Shown: in pieces, positions 9,449 through 17,520 of the stretch
How the letters are laid out: each line of letters starts with the position of its first letter
Position numbering within the stretch: the stretch's first letter is position 1
NCBI GenBank assembly: GCA_964448115.1
Contig: CAYUVA010000011.1
Coordinates: forward strand, 62,001-87,717
Source of the DNA: an uncultured bacterium
GTDB taxonomy: Bacteria > CAYUVA01
Direction of reading: 5' to 3'
Length of the DNA: 25,717 nt
Made by a program: the position numbers and the translations under genes
The notes under the pieces: generated by a model
The model's input: only the letters and a program-made list of their open reading frames with translations
What the model was told of the DNA's origin: nothing
Database searches by the model: none

Positions 9449-10069
9449 ATGATTGGTTTAATTGTGAATCCCATCTATAATGATTGTTACATAATAGCTG
9501 GACTGGGAAATATTGGATTAAAATATCGAAAAACCAGGCATAATGTAGGATTCATGGCTGCTGATGTATTGATAAATGAGCTTAAGAAAGCCGGAAAATT
9601 AAAAGATAAGCTCTCCACCAGAGTATTCGGAGCTTTATGGGGAATACCTAGCATAATTGTAAAGCCAAGGACTCTTATGAATCGAAGCGGACTGGCGCTC
9701 AGGCAGCTCATTGAAGATGGCGCTTGCCTGGAAAAACTGATCGTGATGCACGATGATCTCGATATCCCCTTTGGTCAACTCAGGATAAAAAAGGGCGGTG
9801 GCAGCGGTGGACACAAGGGGATCCGCTCAATAATACAAGAGCTAGGCGGAGACGATTTCGTGCGCATAAGGATCGGGATATCCAAGCCGGACAACTCTGC
9901 CGATACAATCCAATATGTGCTTGGCAGCTTCGATAAGCAACAAAAACAGGTTCTTACCGATATACTAGAGATGGTAAAAGACGCGGCTAGAACCATTATT
10001 AACCAGGGATGTCAGCGGGCGATGAATACCTTTAATCGCCGGGATGTCGAACTAGTCAGTAATGGATAA
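9449..10069 (+). CDS. pth: Peptidyl-tRNA hydrolase
   Basis: GLGN.G..Y..TRHNVGF, KP.TLMNRSG, HDDLD, GGSGGHKG, RIRIGI, AMNTFN. Confidence 0.96.
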   Translation: MIGLIVNPIYNDCYIIAGLGNIGLKYRKTRHNVGFMAADVLINELKKAGKLKDKLSTRVFGALWGIPSIIVKPRTLMNRSGLALRQLIEDGACLEKLIVMHDDLDIPFGQLRIKKGGGSGGHKGIRSIIQELGGDDFVRIRIGISKPDNSADTIQYVLGSFDKQQKQVLTDILEMVKDAARTIINQGCQRAMNTFNRRDVELVSNG

Positions 10070-10101
10070 AATATTAGAATATTATTAGGAGGTGATTCAA
10101 G

Positions 10102-10719
10102 CTGAGACACTACGAGACCATGATTATCCTTGAACCAAACCTTACCGAGAAGAGCTTGGATGAGGTGCTCAACGACTTTGGTAATATCATCCAGGAACTC
10201 GATGGCAAGGTAATAAAGAGGGAAAAATGGGGAAAACGAAGGCTTGCATATCGGATCAAGAAACAATGGTACGGGAATTATGTGATCCTCTATACCCTTT
10301 GTACATCCGAGGCGCTCAAGGAATTCGAGAGGAGGCTTCGCTTCCATGAGTCGGTGATTAAATTCATGAGCGTTGTCGATGTAACCAAGGGCGAGGCAAC
10401 CATCGAGGAGCCACCTGGCAGGATCGAGGAGATGCCTGCCGAGGCTTTGACCCAACCGGTTGCCGAGCCACAAGTACAACTTGCCGAGCAAAAAAGTGAA
10501 CCCACAATGAGGCAAGATGCTGAAGAGGTATCATCCTTAGGACAACCAACCGAGATCGATGAACCTGCACAAGAAACCGACCAAGATCTTCAAGAAGAAG
10601 ATAGTGATCAATATCAGATAGATGAAGAACAGATAAGTGATGAGGAGGATCTTGAGGGCGATCAAAAAGACTCGGATGAAAAAGAACAGGATGACCTGAA
10701 ACAAAAGGAATCCGAATAA
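10102..10719 (+). CDS. rpsF: 30S ribosomal protein S6 with long acidic C-terminal extension; probable CTG start
   Basis: WGKRRLAYRIKK and EFERRLRFHESVIKF motifs. The canonical N-terminus (M)RHYETMIIL is encoded from an in-frame CTG at 10102, 7 nt after AGGAGGTG (10087-10094). The ORF-track ATG at 10120 would remove RHYET. Confidence 0.93.
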   Translation: MRHYETMIILEPNLTEKSLDEVLNDFGNIIQELDGKVIKREKWGKRRLAYRIKKQWYGNYVILYTLCTSEALKEFERRLRFHESVIKFMSVVDVTKGEATIEEPPGRIEEMPAEALTQPVAEPQVQLAEQKSEPTMRQDAEEVSSLGQPTEIDEPAQETDQDLQEEDSDQYQIDEEQISDEEDLEGDQKDSDEKEQDDLKQKESE

Positions 10720-10773
10720 GACCTCATTAAATGGAAGTATTGGAAATGAAAACCATTAGATGGAGCCGATACA

Positions 10774-11235
10774 ATGGCTGATATAAATTTGGTTGTTTTG
10801 ACCGGCAGGCTTACTCGGAAGCCTGAGTTGAAGTACACCACCCAGGGAAGAGCCCTAGCAACATTTCACATTGCACAAAACAGGAGAAAAAAAGAGGGCG
10901 ACAACTGGGTGGAGGATACCATCTTCATAAACGATATTACTGCCTGGGGGAAAACAGCAGAGATTATCCAACAGTATGTTGACAAGGGAGATCAGATCAT
11001 AATCACCGGACGGCTTGATATTGATGAATGGGAGACAGATGGGCAAAAGAGAAGAAAGATGAAGATCACTGTTACTCAATTCTCCTTCGGCGCTAAAAAA
11101 GGACAAACCGGCAGCGGCGCTGGAAGAAGCCCATCAGGACCACAAAAACCACCAGATGAGGACCATAGCAGGGATGAATTTGACGAAGGTCCCTCGGAAA
11201 CCCCTTATGACTACGATGAGGAAGCACCATTTTAA
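10774..11235 (+). CDS. ssb: Single-stranded DNA-binding protein
   Basis: INLVVLTGRLTRKPELKYT, AWGKTAE, KGDQIIITGRL; acidic tail ending DEEAPF. Confidence 0.97.
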   Translation: MADINLVVLTGRLTRKPELKYTTQGRALATFHIAQNRRKKEGDNWVEDTIFINDITAWGKTAEIIQQYVDKGDQIIITGRLDIDEWETDGQKRRKMKITVTQFSFGAKKGQTGSGAGRSPSGPQKPPDEDHSRDEFDEGPSETPYDYDEEAPF

Positions 11236-11255
11236 TCTTATAGGAGGTGATAACA

Positions 11256-11486
11256 ATAGCCAGAGCATATAACAAAAGATTTGGACGCAGAAGGATCTGC
11301 CAATTCTGCGAGGAAAAGATTGATTATATCGACTACAAGGACCTTAAAAGGATAGAAGGCTATCTGTCTGATAGAGGAAAGATTGTCCCCAGAAGGGTTA
11401 CTGGAAACTGCGCAAGGCATCAAAGACAACTTACCAGGGCCATCAAACGAGCCAGAAATATGGCTTTGTTACCCTTTACAAAATGA
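11256..11486 (+). CDS. rpsR: 30S ribosomal protein S18 (zinc-binding type); probable ATA start
   Basis: [46 protein letters not shown]. The ORF-track GTG (11247) lies inside the SD AGGAGGTG (11242-11249); in-frame ATA at 11256 has normal SD spacing. Confidence 0.95.
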   Translation: MARAYNKRFGRRRICQFCEEKIDYIDYKDLKRIEGYLSDRGKIVPRRVTGNCARHQRQLTRAIKRARNMALLPFTK

Positions 11487-11488
11487 TA

Positions 11489-11523
11489 GCGGTTGGTTAA
11501 AGATAATAACAAACAGTTTTTTT
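11489..11523 (+). terminator. Possible weak intrinsic terminator after rpsR
   Basis: Imperfect stem GCGGTTGGTT/AACAAACAGT running into T7 (11517-11523); the stem has two mismatches. Confidence 0.3.
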
Positions 11524-11525
11524 AG

Positions 11526-11685
11526 GTAACCCGAATCTTAAAATCAAGGGACAATGGTATTTTTCTAAAGCATAGGAGCCAATTACTCCCCCTCTCTGAG
11601 TTATTTAAGAAACCAAACTCGGAGATAAACATAGTATATCCACTTATTTTCATAGGAATCAGGGTTACGATGCATATCTTGTCCC
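11526..11685 (+). ncRNA. Candidate structured RNA or cis-regulatory leader, family unassigned
   Basis: Hand-found helices: 11526-11540/11653-11668; 11548-11560/11674-11685; 11575-11578/11586-11589; 11593-11602/11616-11625. G-U pairs fall on the + strand. Confidence 0.45.
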
Positions 11686-11697
11686 CAGGTAATTATT

Positions 11698-12669
11698 ATG
11701 ATAATAAAGCCACTTCAAATAGTCCTAATTGCGATACTTATCGGACTTCTATTCCCCTACCTTAGCTTTTTTCCAATTGTTTTATTCGGTAGCGCCATAG
11801 CTGTTGGAATCATCGTTTTGCAGGGGATCAAAGAAGGTACAAGAAGCGCACTAGCTGTCTGTGGGATAAGCACACTTGTTTTATACGGCGTTCATCAAGA
11901 CTACCATCTGACCATTAATTACCTCGTCCTAAGCGTATTTACTGCTTTTGTGTTGTTATTCCTTCATCAAAAAGGGAAACCTGCCTTTTGGGGAATAATT
12001 ATAACATCCTCATCGGTATTTTTCGCATTGATAGCCTTCTTGTTTATTTACAGCCTGGTAAACGACACCACGCCACATCAACTACTCGGTAGTTACTTGG
12101 ATAAACAGCAGGGCGAGATCTCAAGTATCCTTGAAAGACAGATCAACGAGGATTCCAGGGAATTCAAGGAGCTCAAGGGTATTTACTTTCAAACTCGTCA
12201 TTATTTTTCATTGATGTTTCCCGGCATTCTTTTACCCCTTTTGATGGCTTTCTTTGGAATTCAGTACCAGATCATTCGACTTTTTTTAGAGCGAGGATTT
12301 GGGCTTATCTTAAACAAGGACAGTTTTCAAGCCTTTTCAATGCCTTGGTATTTGGTTTTCCCTTTCATTGCTTCCGCATTCATGGCCATAAGCGGCATCA
12401 AGATGGCAGAGATAATCGGCTTCAACATGGTTGCCATCTGCTGCCTTTTTTATTTTCTCCAAGGGTTAGCTATTGTCCATTATTATCTTATCAAGTATAA
12501 TCTATCAGCCCTGGTAAGGTTGTTGTTGTACATTCTGATCTTCAGCCAGTTGGCTACGATATTGATGATATCGCTTGTTGGGCTGTTTGACTTCTGGATC
12601 GATTTTAGATCCTTGGATAACAGGATAAAAAGAAAACTAGAAGAACTTAAAAAGGATGACGAACAATGA
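11698..12669 (+). CDS. YybS/DUF2232-family multi-pass membrane protein
   Basis: Many hydrophobic helices, YFLQGLAIV and C-terminal GLFDFWIDFR motifs; conserved position between rpsR and rplI. Confidence 0.88.
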   Translation: MIIKPLQIVLIAILIGLLFPYLSFFPIVLFGSAIAVGIIVLQGIKEGTRSALAVCGISTLVLYGVHQDYHLTINYLVLSVFTAFVLLFLHQKGKPAFWGIIITSSSVFFALIAFLFIYSLVNDTTPHQLLGSYLDKQQGEISSILERQINEDSREFKELKGIYFQTRHYFSLMFPGILLPLLMAFFGIQYQIIRLFLERGFGLILNKDSFQAFSMPWYLVFPFIASAFMAISGIKMAEIIGFNMVAICCLFYFLQGLAIVHYYLIKYNLSALVRLLLYILIFSQLATILMISLVGLFDFWIDFRSLDNRIKRKLEELKKDDEQ

Positions 12670-13112
12670 AGGTTATACTCAATGAAAAGGTGGAGGGACT
12701 CGGCAATGCTGGCGAGATCAAGGTGGTCAAGGACGGCTATGCCCGCAACTACTTGCTTCCTAAGAAACTCGCCATGGAGGCGAATGAGCAAAATATAAAA
12801 GCACTAGAGAACATCAAAATTCAGGAGAACAAGAAAAAAGAGCGCTTGCGCAACAGAGCACTCAACCTGAAGAAGAGGTTGGAAAAGACCAAGTTGACCA
12901 TAGCCAGACAACAAGGAGAAGGCAACAAGCTATATGGTTCGGTGAATACCAGCGATATCGCCGAGGCGCTTTTGGCGCACGACATAAAGATCAGTAAAAA
13001 CCAGATTATGCTCTCCGAGCCTATCAAGGCGACCGGGATATATAACTTGAGGGTAAAACTCTACGATGATATAGAAGGGAAGCTCCAGGTTTGGGTTGTA
13101 GCTGATACCTAG
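12666..13112 (+). CDS. rplI: 50S ribosomal protein L9
   Basis: MKVILNEKVEGLG..GE...VKDGYARNYLLP, KLYGSV, PIKATG.Y; ATGA overlap with the upstream gene. Confidence 0.98.
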   Translation: MKVILNEKVEGLGNAGEIKVVKDGYARNYLLPKKLAMEANEQNIKALENIKIQENKKKERLRNRALNLKKRLEKTKLTIARQQGEGNKLYGSVNTSDIAEALLAHDIKISKNQIMLSEPIKATGIYNLRVKLYDDIEGKLQVWVVADT

Positions 13113-13154
13113 GTGGTCTTGAGTCCTCCTTTAAGTCATGTAAATCCGGGCGAA

Positions 13155-15092
13155 CTAGGTCCCCTCCTTGATCAGGTTCAGCTTCCCACCGGCGAGGATC
13201 ATCTTTACCTGTAAATCAGAGAGCTGTGTCTTGACCGTGTATGTATTCCCCTTAGTCTTGTTGAGCACAGTGATCTCACCCGCATTTTTCACCTGCTCCC
13301 GTGCGTTTTCTATGACCAGGCGATCCCCCTTGTCGATGTCATGGTAGTCGCTTTCATTGACGAAATACAGCGGTAGTATTCCGAAGTTGATCAGGTTGGT
13401 AACATGGATGCGCTCTATGGTCTGCGCCAGCACCGCCTTGACACCAAGATACATGGGGCACATAGCAGCATGCTCACGCGATGAGCCTTGACCGTAACTC
13501 CAGTTGGCAACGATGATGTTATGCAATCCCGATTCCTTGTTTTTCAGGCAGTTGGCGGAAAACTGGGGATCTATGCCCTCAAAAACAAACGAGGCGTACT
13601 TGGCAATGTTGGAGCGGTACTTGAGCCTCGCTCCAGCAGGCATTATATGATCGGTGGTGATCTTATCCTGGACCTTGATCATGACCTGCCCGTCGATGGT
13701 TTCAGGAAATGGCGTGTTGGAAGGTGGATCTCCGATGTTAGGACCGCGGATGATCTCGACTTTGCTACCATCCGCAGGGGGTTTTATGATCATAGAGTCA
13801 TCGATGATGAACTCATCAGGGTCGGTGAATTGTGGATACTCCATGCCGAGTTCCCTGGGGTCGGTGAATTGACCAGTGATCGCACAAGCAGCCGCCGTCT
13901 CCGGGCTGACCAGGTATATGCCGGCGCTCCTGGTCCCGGAGCGTCCCTCGAAGTTGCGGTTATTGGTGCGCACTGAGACAGCATTGGTGTTAGGCGCTTG
14001 CCCCATTCCGATGCAGAAACCGCAGGTGCTCTCCAGGATGCGCACCCCGGCCTCGATCAGGCGAAGAAGTCCGCTATCTCTGGTCATCATCGCCATCACC
14101 TGCCTGGAGCCGGGGGCGTAGCCGACGCTTACATCCGGATGGACAACCTTGCCTTCGAGGATGCGGGAGAACATCCAGCCATCGCGATAGGATGAGTTGG
14201 TGCAACTGCCCACCATGACCTGATCGACCTTCTTGCCAGCAAGCTTTCTTACCGTGGTTACATTGTCCGGGCTGTGGGGCATGGCGACCATCGGCTCGAT
14301 TTGGCTGAGATCGATGTCGATGATACGGTCGTATTGTGCATCAGGATCCGGCTTTAGTTCTACAAATACATCCTCCCGCTTCTGCTGCCTGAGAAAGTGC
14401 CTGGTAACCTGGTCGCTGGGAAAGATAGATGTGGTTACCCCGAGTTCAGCACCCATGTTTGTGATGGTTGCACGCTGTGGCACGGTCAGGGTTTTTATCC
14501 CCTCGCCGCCGTACTCGATCATGGTGTTGACATTGCCCTTGGTTGTTAGAATTTCGAGCACCTTGAGGATGACATCCTTTGCCGAGACCCACGGCTTTAG
14601 TTTGCCATGCAGGTTTATGCGCACCACCTTGGGCATGACAAGATAAAACGGCAAGCCAGCCATTGCCGCTGCCACATCAAGCCCGCCGGCTCCTATTGCC
14701 ATCATTCCTATACCCCCGCCAGTCGGAGTATGGCTGTCCGAGCCAAGCAGCGTCTTGCCGGGGATGCCGAAGCGCTCCAGGTGCACCTGGTGGCAGATGC
14801 CGTTTCCAGCGCGCGAGTAGAGCACGCCAAATTTCTCAGCTACGCTCTTGAGGTACCTGTGATCATCGGCATTCTCGAAGCCATCCTGGATGGTGTTATG
14901 GTCGATATAGCTTACCGAAAGCCCTGTTTTTACGCGCTCAAGCCCGATTGCCTCGAATTGCAGGTAAGCCATAGTTCCAGTGGCATCCTGGGTAAGGGTC
15001 TGGTCGATCCTTATAGCTATGGGAGTTCCAGGGATCATTTCCCCCTCGACGATGTGTTCCTTGATGATCTTCTGTACGATATTCAAGCCCAT
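13155..15092 (-). CDS. Aconitate hydratase (compact ~645-aa aconitase family)
   Basis: TQDATGTMA, DHN, GICHQVH, GSDSHT, 4Fe-4S ligands GSCTN and CGFCIG, NRNFEGRSG, TTDHI, NWSYGQGSSREHAA. Confidence 0.93.
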   Translation of the reverse strand: MGLNIVQKIIKEHIVEGEMIPGTPIAIRIDQTLTQDATGTMAYLQFEAIGLERVKTGLSVSYIDHNTIQDGFENADDHRYLKSVAEKFGVLYSRAGNGICHQVHLERFGIPGKTLLGSDSHTPTGGGIGMMAIGAGGLDVAAAMAGLPFYLVMPKVVRINLHGKLKPWVSAKDVILKVLEILTTKGNVNTMIEYGGEGIKTLTVPQRATITNMGAELGVTTSIFPSDQVTRHFLRQQKREDVFVELKPDPDAQYDRIIDIDLSQIEPMVAMPHSPDNVTTVRKLAGKKVDQVMVGSCTNSSYRDGWMFSRILEGKVVHPDVSVGYAPGSRQVMAMMTRDSGLLRLIEAGVRILESTCGFCIGMGQAPNTNAVSVRTNNRNFEGRSGTRSAGIYLVSPETAAACAITGQFTDPRELGMEYPQFTDPDEFIIDDSMIIKPPADGSKVEIIRGPNIGDPPSNTPFPETIDGQVMIKVQDKITTDHIMPAGARLKYRSNIAKYASFVFEGIDPQFSANCLKNKESGLHNIIVANWSYGQGSSREHAAMCPMYLGVKAVLAQTIERIHVTNLINFGILPLYFVNESDYHDIDKGDRLVIENAREQVKNAGEITVLNKTKGNTYTVKTQLSDLQVKMILAGGKLNLIKEGT

Positions 15093-15218
15093 ATTAAACC
15101 TCTAGCCTGTCAGATTTTTGGTTTCAATGTCCATGTTTTAATGTTACTCGCAAAAGTGGAAATGAATATATCAATAAGGGAGAATTATTCAAGCAAAGCG
15201 GTTAAGATGCAAAGTCCT

Positions 15219-17012
15219 TTAATTATTGCCAATGAATGCTTTTCGGGGATCCATGGCTCTGAGTAACCAAATTTCTTGTTTCGATGGCTGCGGGACGACT
15301 TTAAGATTACCCGATATTTTCAGCTCCCATCCGCAATCGGCTTTTATCTTTTCAACGATACTTCTCTCATCACCGGTCTTATTGATATCGAAGTAAGCCA
15401 CCAGTCTGAATTCTCCATCTCCAGGAGGTTTCTCAAATACCCCCAAATTGGAGATCAAATGCGTAACCTTCAAGCCTTGTGCGGTGATATAGGGCACCTT
15501 CTCCACATAGCGTATTCTATCCTGTGGCACGGTGAGCACTACCTGGCAAGCCGCTGACATCACATCGTTCGCCCCACCGGAGCCAAGAAGATGGTAAAAG
15601 CCAGGTATCATCGTCGAGTTTATATTGCCGTGCCTATCGACCTGTCCAGCCCCCAAAGAGCCAAGGCAACGGTTATTGGAGCCGCCGGCATAGATCCCCA
15701 GTGCTTCAAACGAATCCCCCAGGGCGCTACAGGTGGGGATGTTGGCAAAGTTGAAGATAAAGGGATCGCCGGGGCGGGGATGATACCCGTAAAAGCCGAC
15801 CTCGGCGACCAGGTCGATGGGATAGGATTCGGCAGAAAGCCAGTATTTCGCCAGCCAGGCTGCCAGGTTCGAGTTGCCGATGCCAGCTAGGATCGTCCTG
15901 TAATTATTCGATTTTACAAGGTCAGCGATAATGCGCGCTGCGCTGATGGTCATCATCTCCATGCTGTTACAAGGCTTGCCAGGGTCGATGTACTCCTCTG
16001 CCAGGCGGGGGAACTCATCTTCCCAGAAATCGGGCTTCCCCTTGTCGAGCAGGTACTTAAGCTTATCATCGCCCAGAAGCCGGATGTAATCATTTTGATG
16101 CTTTGGAGTAAGAATCCACTTATTGACCCAGTCGTTCATCGTCTCATCGGACTTGGTCGCCCTCCTAAAATCAACGATGAAGTCGTAATCCTCTGCATAG
16201 CTATCCATCTCAGGGAAGCCTCGGTTGGATAGCCCCCCGGGATGCCCGCCGAAAGGCATCTCGCAGACCGCCTTGACATAACTGCCAGGAAGTTTGACCA
16301 GGTGCGAGTATTCGCGGATCGTCTCACTTGAAACGATCCTCTCAACTGATACGATAACACCTTCCCTTGCTGCGTAAGCACCCCAAAGCCCCTCGGAGTA
16401 TGGCGGAGAGAAGATGGTGTTGCCCGCCCTGTCCGCAGCCAATCCATGAATGATGGTGATATCAGGATACAGCGCATGTACTAGCGCCAGTTTCTGGTCC
16501 GGATCCTGGGGATCTTGGAAGACGGTGAGATGACCAGTGTTGGCTTGTTCCATTGAGCTGCCCGCTAGGGATCTTGTCGGCAGGTAAGGGACTCCCATAG
16601 CAGCAGCCTTTAGTCGCAACGCCTGGGTTAGCAAAGACCAATGCTCAAACTCAACACTTCGAGATGTATATGCTTGATTAACGATGCGATTTGGGCTGGG
16701 GGCGGGATAGATATCGCCAGCATAACTGGTTATCAGCCTCTTCACCAGCCCACCATGTAGCATCACAATAACCGGCTGCACCGAACCGAGGGCGATCAGC
16801 GAAAATCCGGGGCTTTTCCCCCAGAACTGTCTTGTTACCTGGTTACACAAGCCATAGGGCATCACATGGGTAACACCGAGATGCAGCTTCATGCCAGGCT
16901 TGATAAACTTCGCCACTGCATCGGAGGCAGTAAGAACCTTATCAGGGATACTAAGATCCTCTTTTTCGACTACCAGTCGTATAAACCCATCGAAATCTTT
17001 ATTCCTCATCAT
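15219..17012 (-). CDS. Family I CoA-transferase, fused alpha+beta subunits (glutaconate CoA-transferase-like)
   Basis: Alpha half: AAAMGVPYLPTRSLAGS, PDITIIH...ADRAGN, VIVSVERIV. Beta half: LAGIG, AEVG (candidate catalytic Glu), GAGQVDRHGNINST, GSGGAND, ISNLGVF. Confidence 0.85.
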   Translation of the reverse strand: MMRNKDFDGFIRLVVEKEDLSIPDKVLTASDAVAKFIKPGMKLHLGVTHVMPYGLCNQVTRQFWGKSPGFSLIALGSVQPVIVMLHGGLVKRLITSYAGDIYPAPSPNRIVNQAYTSRSVEFEHWSLLTQALRLKAAAMGVPYLPTRSLAGSSMEQANTGHLTVFQDPQDPDQKLALVHALYPDITIIHGLAADRAGNTIFSPPYSEGLWGAYAAREGVIVSVERIVSSETIREYSHLVKLPGSYVKAVCEMPFGGHPGGLSNRGFPEMDSYAEDYDFIVDFRRATKSDETMNDWVNKWILTPKHQNDYIRLLGDDKLKYLLDKGKPDFWEDEFPRLAEEYIDPGKPCNSMEMMTISAARIIADLVKSNNYRTILAGIGNSNLAAWLAKYWLSAESYPIDLVAEVGFYGYHPRPGDPFIFNFANIPTCSALGDSFEALGIYAGGSNNRCLGSLGAGQVDRHGNINSTMIPGFYHLLGSGGANDVMSAACQVVLTVPQDRIRYVEKVPYITAQGLKVTHLISNLGVFEKPPGDGEFRLVAYFDINKTGDERSIVEKIKADCGWELKISGNLKVVPQPSKQEIWLLRAMDPRKAFIGNN

Positions 17013-17163
17013 TAGCTCCGTCTATTTTCAGTGTTCTATGTATATTTTTAAGAACTCGGCTATTGTATCGGCTGCGTGCCTATAAGAAGTAACATATATC
17101 TTTCCTAGGTGGAATGGTCATTGGAAAATATACATAAAATATAATATCCTCGATATACTTGAA

Positions 17164-17514
17164 ATGCCAGTTACAGGTCAAGACAAGCAGCAGCGATCAA
17201 AAATAATCATAGCCTATATCCTCTCCGGGGCGGTACTTCCTGGACTTGGACAGCTCTACAATAGGCAAATAGTCAAAGGAGCGATAATCAGCCTGTTTGC
17301 ATTTGGGCTGGCGATTGCGCTGGTAGTGAACATGTACCAAATGTGGATCACCTATTTCCAGATGCCCGGCGAGTATCACGCAATGATCGAGTGGCAGCAA
17401 ACCTATACAAAGCGATGGCTCATAACAGCACTCAACCTCGGTATTTTATTGATGATATGGCTTTATGCACTTATAGATATCTACCTTTACAATAAAATGC
17501 GCTCATCTACTTAA
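17164..17514 (+). CDS. Small membrane protein with LS..lPGLGQLY motif (TM2/DUF5683-like)
   Basis: ILSGAVLPGLGQLYNRQIVKG followed by hydrophobic helices and WLYALIDIY; ends 6 nt before the next gene. Confidence 0.7.
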   Translation: MPVTGQDKQQRSKIIIAYILSGAVLPGLGQLYNRQIVKGAIISLFAFGLAIALVVNMYQMWITYFQMPGEYHAMIEWQQTYTKRWLITALNLGILLMIWLYALIDIYLYNKMRSST

Positions 17515-17520
17515 AAGGGC

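Noticed and set aside
11540-11630. SAM-I-like (ATCAAG..GGGAC, GGAGCCAATT, GAGATAA) and, on the minus strand, Moco-like fragments in the rpsR-DUF2232 spacer
   Set aside because: Core elements (GCAACC and P2 kink-turn for SAM-I; CCUCCCG...GGAAAGG and a downstream gene for Moco) are missing, so the element is left unassigned.
13118-13138. CTTGAGT HAIR half-site after rplI
   Set aside because: No ACTCAAG at 7-nt spacing, and it lies between convergent stops rather than in a promoter.
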